From: Dickeya dadantii NCPPB 898
GTDB lineage: Bacteria > Pseudomonadota > Gammaproteobacteria > Enterobacterales > Enterobacteriaceae
NCBI RefSeq assembly: GCF_000406145.1
Contig: NZ_CM001976.1
Location: 2,741,337-2,773,336 of the forward strand
Reading direction: 5' to 3'
Length of the DNA stretch: 32,000 nucleotides
Under the pieces are notes generated by a model, which saw nothing but the letters and a program-made list of their open reading frames with translations, made no database searches and was not told the DNA's origin. Positions 17,390 through 26,063 of this stretch are shown in pieces; within the stretch, counting starts at the first letter, position 1, and each line of letters begins with the position of its first letter. The translations under genes and the position numbers were made by a program.

Positions 17390-18943
17390 ATGCGTAAAAA
17401 TTATCCAGTCAGTCAACGTCAGTATCCGCTGGATGCCAGGATCAAACTGATGTCGGTGACCACACCTGATAGCCACATTACCTACGCCAACGCCGATTTC
17501 ATCAAAGTCAGCGGCTACGAGCCGGAAGAACTGATGAATCAGCCGCATAATATTATCCGCCATCCTGATATGCCACCTTCCGCCTTCGCGGATATGTGGA
17601 ATACCCTAAAAGCCGGAAAAATCTGGACCGGTGTGGTCAAGAACCGCCGCAAGAACGGCGATCACTACTGGGTACGCTCCAGCACCACCCCCCTGAAGCG
17701 GGACGGCAAGCTGATGGGCTACATGTCGGTACGCACCGCGGCGACGGCGGAGGAGATCAGCCAGGCCGAAGCGCTCTACGCCCAGGTGAATCAGGGCATA
17801 TTGAAAAACCGCGCCTTCCACCACGGCCTGCTGGTTTACACCGGCCCGCTGAAATGGCTGAGCCTGTTCAAAACCATGCCGCTGCGCTGGCGCATCCGCA
17901 GCTACTTTGGGCTGCTGGGGTTGCTGCCGCTGGCCGTCGCGTTCGCCTTGTTGCCTAAAACGGCGCTGGTCTGGGGGCTGTTTGCGGCACTGATCGCCTT
18001 CGCCTGCCTGTTTTGCGAACTGCTGGTGCAACACGTCGCCAGGCCGGTGGAACAGATTCTCGAACAGGCGATGCGATCGGCGGCCGGTCAGGCCAATAGC
18101 CTGACGCAACTCAATCGCGCCGACGAAATCGGTATGCTGATGCGCGCCGTCAATCAATCCGGCATGAACTTCCGCACCTTTGTCGATGACGTCAACAGCA
18201 ACCTACAGGAGCTGAAAACCGCCTGTAGTGAAATCGCGCAGGGCAACCACATTCTGGCGGAGTGTTGCGAGAAGACCGAAGAGAGCCTGCAGCAAACCGC
18301 CGCGTCGGTGGAACAACTGACCGCCACCATCAAGAGTAACGCCGACGCCTCGCTGCGCGCATCGCAATACGCGGAAGACGTCAATCAGGTGGTTAATGTG
18401 GGCGAGCAGGCCGTCTCGGAGGTCGCCAATACCATGGAAGCGATCACCGGCGCCAGCGAACGTATCACCGACATCATCGGCGTACTGGATAACCTGGCGT
18501 TCCAGACCAATATTCTGGCGGTCAACGCCGCAGTGGAAGCCGCCCATGCCGGGGAACAGGGCAAAAGCTTCGCGGTGGTGGCCAGCGAAGTACGCTCGCT
18601 GGCGCAGCGCAGCGCCGCTTCCGCCAAAGACATCGCCGCGCTCATCGACAACACCTTGTCCAGCATCCGCGCCGGCGACCAGCAGGTTGCGCATACCAAC
18701 CGCTCGATGAACAACATTCTGGTCAAAGTGCAGGACGTCACCCATCTGATGAACGATATCAGCCTGGCGACCAAGGAGCAGTCGCAGGGATTGCAGCAGA
18801 TCAACGACGCGGTCAACCGTATTGATGAACTGACCCATCAGAATACGGCGCTGGCCAGCCAGTCCAACTCCGCTACCGGCCACCTGCAACAGCAGATCGC
18901 CAGCATGGCGCAGGCGGTGTCCGTATTCGGCGCGTCAAAATAA
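17390..18943 (+). CDS. aer: Aerotaxis receptor Aer (PAS-FAD methyl-accepting chemotaxis protein)
   Basis: The ATG at 17390 gives 517 aa. The N-terminal PAS region is close to E. coli Aer (ITYANADFIKVSGYEPEELMNQPHNIIRHPDMPPSAFADMWNTLKAGKIWTGVVKNRRKNGDHYWV). It has a membrane hairpin, a HAMP domain and the MCP signalling hairpin ([40 protein letters not shown]). Confidence 0.88.
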   Translation: MRKNYPVSQRQYPLDARIKLMSVTTPDSHITYANADFIKVSGYEPEELMNQPHNIIRHPDMPPSAFADMWNTLKAGKIWTGVVKNRRKNGDHYWVRSSTTPLKRDGKLMGYMSVRTAATAEEISQAEALYAQVNQGILKNRAFHHGLLVYTGPLKWLSLFKTMPLRWRIRSYFGLLGLLPLAVAFALLPKTALVWGLFAALIAFACLFCELLVQHVARPVEQILEQAMRSAAGQANSLTQLNRADEIGMLMRAVNQSGMNFRTFVDDVNSNLQELKTACSEIAQGNHILAECCEKTEESLQQTAASVEQLTATIKSNADASLRASQYAEDVNQVVNVGEQAVSEVANTMEAITGASERITDIIGVLDNLAFQTNILAVNAAVEAAHAGEQGKSFAVVASEVRSLAQRSAASAKDIAALIDNTLSSIRAGDQQVAHTNRSMNNILVKVQDVTHLMNDISLATKEQSQGLQQINDAVNRIDELTHQNTALASQSNSATGHLQQQIASMAQAVSVFGASK

Positions 18944-18959
18944 GCGACGCCATCGATTC

Positions 18960-18987
18960 AGGAGGGGCTCGCCCCTCCTTTATTTCT
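18960..18987 (+). terminator. Rho-independent terminator after aer
   Basis: Stem AGGAGGGG / CCCCTCCT with loop CTCG, then TTATTTCT. Confidence 0.7.
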
Positions 18988-19149
18988 CCCGCATCACCTC
19001 TCCCGCCGGTTCACCGTCAAGACCTTTTCAGGCTGTTATCATAACAAGGGCAACAGTTTGTCTGTTCATGGTTTTCTGCTAGCTTACTCTGGCTGCCTCC
19101 GTCACCACGTATGACGGCGCGGCTGACAATACCCTGTGGAGAAACAATC

Positions 19150-20142
19150 ATGAAGCTGGCGATTTACAGTACCAAACAGTATGACCGCAAATACCTTGAG
19201 CAGGTGAATCAGCAGTTTGGGTATGAGCTGGAGTTTTTCGATTTCATGCTCAGCCCGCGCACCGTCAAAATGGCTGCCGGCTGCGATGCTGTCTGCATCT
19301 TTGTCAACGACGAAGCCGGTCGCGAGGTGCTGACGGAGCTGGCGAACACCGGCATCAACATACTGGCACTGCGCTGCGCCGGTTTTAACAACGTCGATCT
19401 GGACGCCGCCCGCGAACTGGGGATCCAGGTGGTGCGCGTGCCGGCCTACTCGCCGGAAGCGGTGGCGGAACACGCGGTAGGGATGATGATGAGCCTGAAC
19501 CGCCGCATTCACCGCGCCTATCAACGCACCCGCGACGCCAATTTCTCGCTGGAAGGACTGATTGGCTTCAACATGTATCAGCGCACCGCCGGGGTGATAG
19601 GCACCGGCAAAATCGGTATCGCCACCCTGCGCATCCTCAAAGGATTCGGCATGACGCTGTTGGCGCACGACCCTTACCCGAATCCGCAGGCGCTGGAACT
19701 GGGCGCGGAGTATGTCGATCTCGATACCCTGTACGCCAGGTCGGACGTGATTTCGCTGCACTGCCCGCTGACGCAGGAGAATCACCACCTGCTCGACCGC
19801 GACGCGTTTTCGCGCATGAAAAACGGGGTGATGATCATCAATACCAGCCGCGGAGGGCTGATTGACTCTCAGGCGGCGATCGACGCGCTGAAACAGCAAA
19901 AAATCGGTTCATTGGGCATGGATGTTTATGAAAACGAACGCGATCTGTTCTTTAGCGACAAATCCAACGACGTGATTCAGGACGATGTGTTCCGCCGGCT
20001 TTCCGCCTGTCATAACGTGCTGTTTACCGGCCATCAGGCCTTTTTGACGGAAGAAGCGCTGACCAGCATCTCCGAAACCACGCTGCACAATATTAAACAG
20101 CTTCGCGAAGGCACGCCCTGCGCTAATCTGGTCAATCCCTGA
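19150..20142 (+). CDS. ldhA: Fermentative D-lactate dehydrogenase LdhA
   Basis: The ATG at 19150 gives 330 aa, MKLAIYSTKQYDRKYLEQVN... The sequence is near-collinear with E. coli LdhA, including GVIGTGKIG (NAD-binding) and SLGMDVYENERDLFF. Confidence 0.95.
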   Translation: MKLAIYSTKQYDRKYLEQVNQQFGYELEFFDFMLSPRTVKMAAGCDAVCIFVNDEAGREVLTELANTGINILALRCAGFNNVDLDAARELGIQVVRVPAYSPEAVAEHAVGMMMSLNRRIHRAYQRTRDANFSLEGLIGFNMYQRTAGVIGTGKIGIATLRILKGFGMTLLAHDPYPNPQALELGAEYVDLDTLYARSDVISLHCPLTQENHHLLDRDAFSRMKNGVMIINTSRGGLIDSQAAIDALKQQKIGSLGMDVYENERDLFFSDKSNDVIQDDVFRRLSACHNVLFTGHQAFLTEEALTSISETTLHNIKQLREGTPCANLVNP

Positions 20143-20188
20143 TCGTTCTGCCGGTGGCGCCATGCCGCCGGTTACCAGCTAACCCGGC

Positions 20189-20467
20189 TTAACCCGCCGG
20201 GCAGCTGCCGCTCATCAGCGCCGCTTCGGAGCAACGCTTGCCATTAGCCAGCAAACAGGTGCCGATGCTCGCCCCGCTCAGTTGACGCGAAACCCCCATG
20301 CGCCCACCCGCCAGCGTACAGTTCACCTCCGCCGGCGTGCCCTGCCCTTGCCACGTCGCGCGCTGCGGCGCTACCGATTCCTGAACCTGCGCCGACTCCG
20401 TTTGTCCGCCACTGCAAGCCACCAGCATCAGGGTGGCGCCCACCACCAGCCATTGCGGCATAGTCAT
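20189..20467 (-). CDS. Small lipoprotein, DUF333/COG3042-like (the family often labelled 'putative hemolysin')
   Basis: Start MTMPQWLVVGATLMLVAC (lipobox LVAC) after AGGAG. The Cys-containing C-terminus (NCTLAGGR...GTCLLANGKRCSEAALMSGSC) resembles the DUF333 pattern. The family assignment is from memory only. Confidence 0.55.
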   Translation of the reverse strand: MTMPQWLVVGATLMLVACSGGQTESAQVQESVAPQRATWQGQGTPAEVNCTLAGGRMGVSRQLSGASIGTCLLANGKRCSEAALMSGSCPAG

Positions 20468-20782
20468 GTTCTTGTCGACTCCTGCGTCGTGATTATAAGA
20501 AACCATCAGCCAATTTTGCCGCCACGCGGCATAACTCGGCCTAATCCTATTTACCCTACTTCTTTACCCCACTTCTTTACCACATTTTTGCGGTGCGAGC
20601 AGCAACGGCTCACCACCGGTTTTCACCTCTCATGTTTTTACGCACGGTAAGTAACAAATACAATTGTTGTCAGGGAGATAAATTATATGTCCTTATTTTT
20701 CAGCCACTAAAGGCAGTGGGTCGTTGGTCGATTAATGGTTAGGCTGATAAGCAATCAGCGCCATCGCCAACGGGAGTAGATA

Positions 20783-22747
20783 ATGGCACCTGCAAGAAAA
20801 CGTTTTTTTGACATGAATGTCGCAACCAAGCTGTACCTGGGTTTTGCAATGATTTTGTTTTTAGTGGTGCTTTCCTCAGCGCTGAGTATCCACCGTTTTT
20901 CGACCATCAAGACCTACTACGGCAAAACCGACCTGATGCACACCGTCATCATGGATATTTTTCAGGTCAAAATCGCCAGAACAAAATATTTGGTCAGCAA
21001 TGACAATGAGCCTTACGACACCATGCTCAGCTACAACAATGATCTGGCTAAAAATCTTGAACAAGGCAGCCAGCTCTATACCGAAAGCGAATTCAGGGAT
21101 CCGCTGGCCCGCATGCAGAAGCACCAGGCCGCACTACAGCAATCCATCAACGAAATGGCTCGTGCTAAGCAGGCGTTTATCGACGCCAGCGCCCGGTTTA
21201 GCCGCCTTTCGGTCGACGGCGCTATCTCCCGCTTTCGTAGCAGCCTGGCGGCCACTGCGTTTACATCCGACAGCGACCGGGAAAAAGCGACCGCGTTAAC
21301 CCTGGCGCTGGCGTCTTACAAAGCGACCGCCGACGCCGTGGTGATTGAACGCACTCCCGCCGCACTTAGCACCCTGCAAAGCCGCTTCAGCGATATTGAG
21401 AGAAGTTACCGCGACCTGTCCGCCCTGCTCCCGGCCGATCAGAAAACAGCACTGGATGAATTCTGGGCAAGCATCGTCAACCTGAAAACCGGCGCGGAAG
21501 GCTACCTGAACGCTTACAAGGCGTTATCGAGCGCAGAAGCGGCGGTGAAAACCGACGGCGATAACGTCAGCGATATCGCCAAAGAGGTCATCCGTCGTCT
21601 GAGCGAAATCAACACCACGCTCACCAACAACGCCATCACCGGCGCCACCGCGTTCGCCTTGCTGGCGCTGGTGTTCGGCCTGCTGGTATCACGCTATATC
21701 ACCCGCCAGATTACCACCCCGGTGTCCCACAACCTGGCGCTGGCGGAACGTATCGCCAGCGGTGACCTGACCGCCAGCATCGAAACCAACCGTCACGATG
21801 AACTGGGCCAGTTGACCGCCGCCATGGCGGGCATGAATGAACGGTTACGCCAGATGATCGGCAATATCCGCGACAGCGTTGGCAGCGTGGCGGCATCCGC
21901 GGCGCAAATCGCCCACGGCAACCATGAACTGTCGTCGCGCACCGAGCAGCAGTCCGCCGCCGTCGTTCAGACCGCCGCCAGCATGGAACAGCTGACCTCA
22001 ACGGTGAAAAACAACGCCGACAACGCCCGCCATGCCAGTCAGATCGCGGCGGAGGCATCCAGAGACGCACACACGGGCGGCGGCGTGGTGCAAAACGTGG
22101 TCAATACCATGAATGACATCGCCGTCAGTTCGAAAAAAATCTCCGATATCACCGACGTGATCAACAGCATCGCCTTTCAAACCAACATTCTGGCACTTAA
22201 CGCCGCAGTGGAAGCGGCACGCGCCGGCGAACAAGGGCGTGGTTTCGCGGTGGTGGCCGGAGAGGTACGTAATCTGGCGCAGCGCAGCGCTCAGGCCGCC
22301 CGTGAAATCGCCAGCCTGATCGCCGAGTCCGTTACCCGCATTAATGCCGGCTCCGTACTGGCGGCGGAAGCCGGCGACGCCATGCAGAAAATCCTGCTCT
22401 CGGTTTCTCGCGTCAACGACATCATCGGTGAAATCGCCTCGGCGTCCGATGAACAGCGTCGCGGCATCGAGCAGATCGCCAGCGCGGTCGGCGAACTGGA
22501 TTCCACCACCCAGCAAAACGCGTCGCTGGTGACGGCATCCGCCTCGTCCGCCAGTTCGCTGGAAGAACAATCGATACAACTGGAAACGCTGGTAAGTCAT
22601 TTCCGGCTGGCGCAGGATAATCAGCCGTTGCTGTCCCGGCACGCGGCGCTGCCCGCCAACCGTCCCCCCGTTCCCGCGTTGAGCCAGGCCAGGCTAACCC
22701 TCGACGGTAAAAACCGCCAGAGCCAGCAGGATTGGGAAAGTTTCTGA
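20783..22747 (+). CDS. Methyl-accepting chemotaxis protein with a ~250-aa helical periplasmic sensor and a C-terminal DWESF pentapeptide
   Basis: 654 aa. The ATG at 20783 is preceded by GGGAG. It has two TM segments, a HAMP domain, the signalling hairpin ([40 protein letters not shown]), and ends ...QQDWESF (compare the NWETF CheR/CheB tether of Tar/Tsr). Confidence 0.88.
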   Translation: MAPARKRFFDMNVATKLYLGFAMILFLVVLSSALSIHRFSTIKTYYGKTDLMHTVIMDIFQVKIARTKYLVSNDNEPYDTMLSYNNDLAKNLEQGSQLYTESEFRDPLARMQKHQAALQQSINEMARAKQAFIDASARFSRLSVDGAISRFRSSLAATAFTSDSDREKATALTLALASYKATADAVVIERTPAALSTLQSRFSDIERSYRDLSALLPADQKTALDEFWASIVNLKTGAEGYLNAYKALSSAEAAVKTDGDNVSDIAKEVIRRLSEINTTLTNNAITGATAFALLALVFGLLVSRYITRQITTPVSHNLALAERIASGDLTASIETNRHDELGQLTAAMAGMNERLRQMIGNIRDSVGSVAASAAQIAHGNHELSSRTEQQSAAVVQTAASMEQLTSTVKNNADNARHASQIAAEASRDAHTGGGVVQNVVNTMNDIAVSSKKISDITDVINSIAFQTNILALNAAVEAARAGEQGRGFAVVAGEVRNLAQRSAQAAREIASLIAESVTRINAGSVLAAEAGDAMQKILLSVSRVNDIIGEIASASDEQRRGIEQIASAVGELDSTTQQNASLVTASASSASSLEEQSIQLETLVSHFRLAQDNQPLLSRHAALPANRPPVPALSQARLTLDGKNRQSQQDWESF

Positions 22748-22765
22748 TAACCCGCGATTAAAAGA

Positions 22766-22790
22766 AAACCGGCAAGGATGCCGGTTTAAT
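22766..22790. terminator. Stem-loop terminator between the convergent MCP and lipoprotein genes
   Basis: Stem AAACCGGCA / TGCCGGTTT with loop AGGA. Flanking A/T runs make it plausibly bidirectional. Confidence 0.6.
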
Positions 22791-22844
22791 GATGGGAATC
22801 ATCGTCAATCGCTACAGTCTTTATACGTTGCCACAATTGTTCGG

Positions 22845-23342
22845 TTAGCGATCCTCGATCGAATGCGTCTCGACTTTCTCCGTCAGCGACACTTCAACCT
22901 TAATATCATCCGTCAGGGTCAGCATCGCCTTCTTATCCGGGCCTACCACCGCAGTACGCTGCGGAATGATGAACTGGCGCACGCTCTCGCCCTCAATCAT
23001 ATCTTTGCCGTTTGCAACGCCGTGCCGCGCCGACAGCAGGTAATTCACCATGCCGTTATAGGTAATCTGATAATCACTGCCGGACGACTCAACCCGGTAA
23101 TTTAAGGTGATCTTGGGCAGCGCCGCTTTATAGGTGCCGCGAATCTCATCCCAGCGCGCCGGGTTACCCGTCAGATAGACGGAATCCACCCAGTTGGTAT
23201 TGTTCTGCAGCACATGGGCGGTGGTGTAGGAAAAGTAATAAGGCGAGACAAACGTACTGTTCAGGCTCGTTGTTTTGGTGCTGAACACAGAACATCCTGA
23301 CAGCATCGCCGTGGCCGCCACGGCCAGGAACAGTTTCTTCAT
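22845..23342 (-). CDS. Lipoprotein of unknown function
   Basis: I chose the start at MKKLFLAVAATAMLSGC (lipobox LSGC), giving 165 aa. The upstream extension in the track has no support. I do not recognise a family. Confidence 0.6.
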   Translation of the reverse strand: MKKLFLAVAATAMLSGCSVFSTKTTSLNSTFVSPYYFSYTTAHVLQNNTNWVDSVYLTGNPARWDEIRGTYKAALPKITLNYRVESSGSDYQITYNGMVNYLLSARHGVANGKDMIEGESVRQFIIPQRTAVVGPDKKAMLTLTDDIKVEVSLTEKVETHSIEDR

Positions 23343-23747
23343 CGGTATTTTTCTCTTTTTGCCAACAGTTTCACCCCAAACAGGGGCCGGGCCAGTTTTC
23401 CTGTCATGACCTGCCGGACAGCGCACACGCAGGCAACGGATTGCGCCCACAGAATAGCAGTGATCCTGCGGGTTGATGGAGTGAAAAAGGGGCAAGTGGA
23501 GGGATATTTATCCGCATCGACCACCACCGGCCGGTGCCTGAAATCCATCAGCCTGTTTGCTGAGCCATCACCCAACACGCCTGAATAGTTTAATCAGCCA
23601 CGCACGATAATATAACGCCATCGTTCTTCTGCATGACGCTGAAATATACCCGACTTCAGTTCGTAATAACGCTGAAGCGGCCTCCCATTCATCCCGTTGG
23701 CGTTAATTTTCATGATTGACGTCAACTAATATTGTTATTAAACGCCT

Positions 23748-25832
23748 ATGAAAAAAAATAACACCACCCGGAAACAACTCGTCGTCGTGATAAAAAAAAC
23801 ACGCTCTTTTGCGAAGAAAACAGAAATAACGACCCAATCCCGTCAAAATACCACAGCCGCCAACAACACGGCAGCGAATTACCCCAACGCCCCGTCGTCA
23901 GCCGGGTTGGATAATATCCGTTTTTCCGCACCGGAACCCGGCCAGTCCGGCGCGCCTGCGACTGCCGCCAGCCAGCCGACGCCACCGGCCGCACCGCCGG
24001 TGACAACCGTTCCGCCACTGCCAAAATTTAACCCGCCGCGCGCTGAAACGACCACACCGCCGTCCGCGCCGCCGGCACAACCATCAACATCCAGCGCGCC
24101 GCAACCCAGCCTGCCGTCTCCGGCACCGGCACCAGTTGCCGCCGCTCCCGCAGCGGAACCCCCGGCAACCCAGGAACCGGCCACGCCGCCGTTTGCACCT
24201 GACTATGCAGCAGTTGGAAATCAGCTAAGCAAGCTGATGTCCGGCATGGCGGCGCCGCTGTCGCGGCTGGCGGGAAGCTTTCAGAGTTTTGCTCATGCCA
24301 CAAATCAAGCACTACTGAATCCAGCCCAATCTGTTGCGCCTAAAACAGAACCTAAACCTGTTACACCTACGCCCACCCCAGCAAAACCTATATCGTTACC
24401 AACCGCACCCGCCCAGAAAATCAGTGTGCCGGTTCCAGCAGGTAAAACAGGGACAGTTCAGCGAGCTCTCGCAACAGGTGCTGCGTATAAACAAGGTGAT
24501 ATTGCCGGTTTAGACGATGCCCACACCCGAGCATTGGTGGCCTCTACCGCAGCCACAGAAAGTGCTGGTGGTAAATTAGATATACGCAACTCCGCCGGAT
24601 ATCTCGGTCGTTATCAGGCTGGTGCGAGTTGGCTAGCTGACGCCGGGTTGATTGCAGGCGGTGCAAATGCCGTTATCGCCGCCATGAAAGCGGACGGATT
24701 CACCAATGAGTATAAATGGGGAAAATCCGGCGGTATGACTCGCTTTCTGAAGAATAAAAATAACTGGAAGAATGGACTGGACTATGACAAATACCTATCC
24801 AGTGCCGAAGTACAGGATACCGCATTTAAGACCAACTCAGACAAAGCATATAAACAATTGCTTAAAGAAGGAACTATTAAGCCGAATATGAGCCAGGACG
24901 AAATCGCTGGCATTCTCAAAGCACGGCATATTGGAGGAATTGGCGGAGCCAGAAAAGCAGCTAAGGGTATCGAAGGAGCCAAAGATGCTAATGGTACTTC
25001 AGCACTGAAGTATAAGAATGATTTAGCAGCTGGTAATGTGTTTATTGAGAGCTACCAGTCAGAAACACCAATAAAAAAAGATAACATCAACTCACTTTCA
25101 AATAAAGACACCATTCCACAAAAAGAGTTTAAACAAAAAAAATACAATTACACACTAGATGATGCTTTTGAAAAACAAATAGCCGTCAGCAAGGAAGAAA
25201 AATTTAAACTTACCATAGGGAATAAAAAAATTGCCACTAGAGATGAGGTAAGAGATTATATGAACCCACAAAAAAACATGGGTAATGATGAAATATATCA
25301 ATTTCTGGATTTATCTGCACCAGCGGGTTTATCTGAAAGTGCCATAGAGAAGACCCTAGAGGGACAAGGGGTATTATCAGGAAAAGCAGCAATATTTATT
25401 AAAGCTGCCAAGAAATATGGAATAAATGAAGCATATCTTGTCGCTCATGCAATATTAGAATCAGGACATGGCAATTCAGCTTTTGCCAAAGGACTTCACT
25501 CATACAATGGCAGAAAAATTTACAACATGTTCGGAATAAATGTTGATACTAATAAACCGGAGAATGGCATAAAACGTGCTTATGATCAAGGATGGTTTTC
25601 AGTAGATGAAGCAATTGATGGTGGTGCAAGATGGATTGCTAACTCTTACATTCACAATAAAAGCGAACAAAACACTCTATATAAAATGAGATGGAACCCC
25701 TCCAACCCAGCAACTCACCAATATGCAACAGATATAAAATGGGCAAAATCACAAGCTGGAAAGATAAGGGAATTAATAGAGAAAATCCCTGGCGCAAAAT
25801 TAAAATTTGAAATACCAGAATATAAGAAATAG
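23748..25832 (+). CDS. Large leaderless peptidoglycan hydrolase: Pro/Ala/Thr-rich N-terminal region, SLT/GH23-like segment and C-terminal GH73 N-acetylglucosaminidase module
   Basis: 694 aa with no signal peptide or TM segment. Residues ~60-235 are P/A/T-rich low complexity. The mid region carries ..AATES(E271)AGG..AGYLGRYQAG..ARHIGGIGGA. The C-terminus carries AYLVAHAILES(E571)GHGNS..YNMFGI..LYKMRWNP..HQYATDIKWA, which are GH73 hallmarks. Confidence 0.75.
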   Translation: MKKNNTTRKQLVVVIKKTRSFAKKTEITTQSRQNTTAANNTAANYPNAPSSAGLDNIRFSAPEPGQSGAPATAASQPTPPAAPPVTTVPPLPKFNPPRAETTTPPSAPPAQPSTSSAPQPSLPSPAPAPVAAAPAAEPPATQEPATPPFAPDYAAVGNQLSKLMSGMAAPLSRLAGSFQSFAHATNQALLNPAQSVAPKTEPKPVTPTPTPAKPISLPTAPAQKISVPVPAGKTGTVQRALATGAAYKQGDIAGLDDAHTRALVASTAATESAGGKLDIRNSAGYLGRYQAGASWLADAGLIAGGANAVIAAMKADGFTNEYKWGKSGGMTRFLKNKNNWKNGLDYDKYLSSAEVQDTAFKTNSDKAYKQLLKEGTIKPNMSQDEIAGILKARHIGGIGGARKAAKGIEGAKDANGTSALKYKNDLAAGNVFIESYQSETPIKKDNINSLSNKDTIPQKEFKQKKYNYTLDDAFEKQIAVSKEEKFKLTIGNKKIATRDEVRDYMNPQKNMGNDEIYQFLDLSAPAGLSESAIEKTLEGQGVLSGKAAIFIKAAKKYGINEAYLVAHAILESGHGNSAFAKGLHSYNGRKIYNMFGINVDTNKPENGIKRAYDQGWFSVDEAIDGGARWIANSYIHNKSEQNTLYKMRWNPSNPATHQYATDIKWAKSQAGKIRELIEKIPGAKLKFEIPEYKK

Positions 25833-25854
25833 GGGGTAATTATTGTTCCAGCCT

Positions 25855-25985
25855 ATGTACCCAGATAATCTGGATTGCAAGAAGGCAATAACATAGCTAA
25901 TCCCCGTGGGCTCACTCAAGTAAGTAATCGGGGTACGCAAGGAAAACCGACAGATCTAAAAATTAAAATATGAAGTATATAATTA
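25855..25985. repeat. ERIC/IRU-like intergenic repeat (diverged copy)
   Basis: The core at 25896-25939 (gctaatccccgtgggctcactcaagtaagtaatcggggtacgca) aligns to the ERIC core GTGAATCCCCAGGAGCTTACATAAGTAAGTGACTGGGGTGAGCG. By hand count, 14/22 and 16/22 positions match the ERIC1R-complement and ERIC2 primer regions. The flank ...gaagtatat resembles the ERIC end. The outer boundaries are approximate. Confidence 0.5.
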
Positions 25986-26038
25986 ACAAGCAAACCACCA
26001 TCAATATAAAATTTACACCTTTTTAAAAACAGTTAATC

Positions 26039-26063
26039 ATCCTCGTTTTGGCGAGGATTTTTT
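26039..26063 (+). terminator. Terminator-like hairpin with a T6 tract abutting the ATG at 26064
   Basis: Stem ATCCTCG (26039-26045) / CGAGGAT (26052-26058) with loop TTTTGG. The right arm's final T starts a T6 run (26058-26063), which is followed immediately by ATG. Confidence 0.5.

Noticed and set aside
18203-18889. 228-aa minus-strand ORF antisense to aer (and the similar 21998..22642 antisense to the second MCP)
   Set aside because: MCP signalling domains are Ala/Gln/Ser-rich and regularly leave open antisense frames. The sense strand carries the conserved hairpin motif.
19102-19899. 265-aa minus-strand ORF antisense to ldhA, and the 13-codon N-terminal extension of ldhA (start 19111)
   Set aside because: The LdhA homology starts at MKLAIYSTKQYD (19150). 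The antisense ORF has no support.
20551-20583. Short direct repeat ACTTCTTTACC x2 (13-bp period) upstream of the DUF333 lipoprotein gene
   Set aside because: It is too short and low in complexity to distinguish from chance in a pyrimidine-rich promoter region.
23343-23747. ORFs at 23339..23578 (-) and 23406..23588 (+), and a search for an hrp-box or a sigma70 promoter upstream of the hydrolase gene
   Set aside because: The ORFs are short, overlap each other and have no RBS. I found no GGAACC-N15/16-CCAC motif and no convincing -35/-10 pair, so I make no promoter call.
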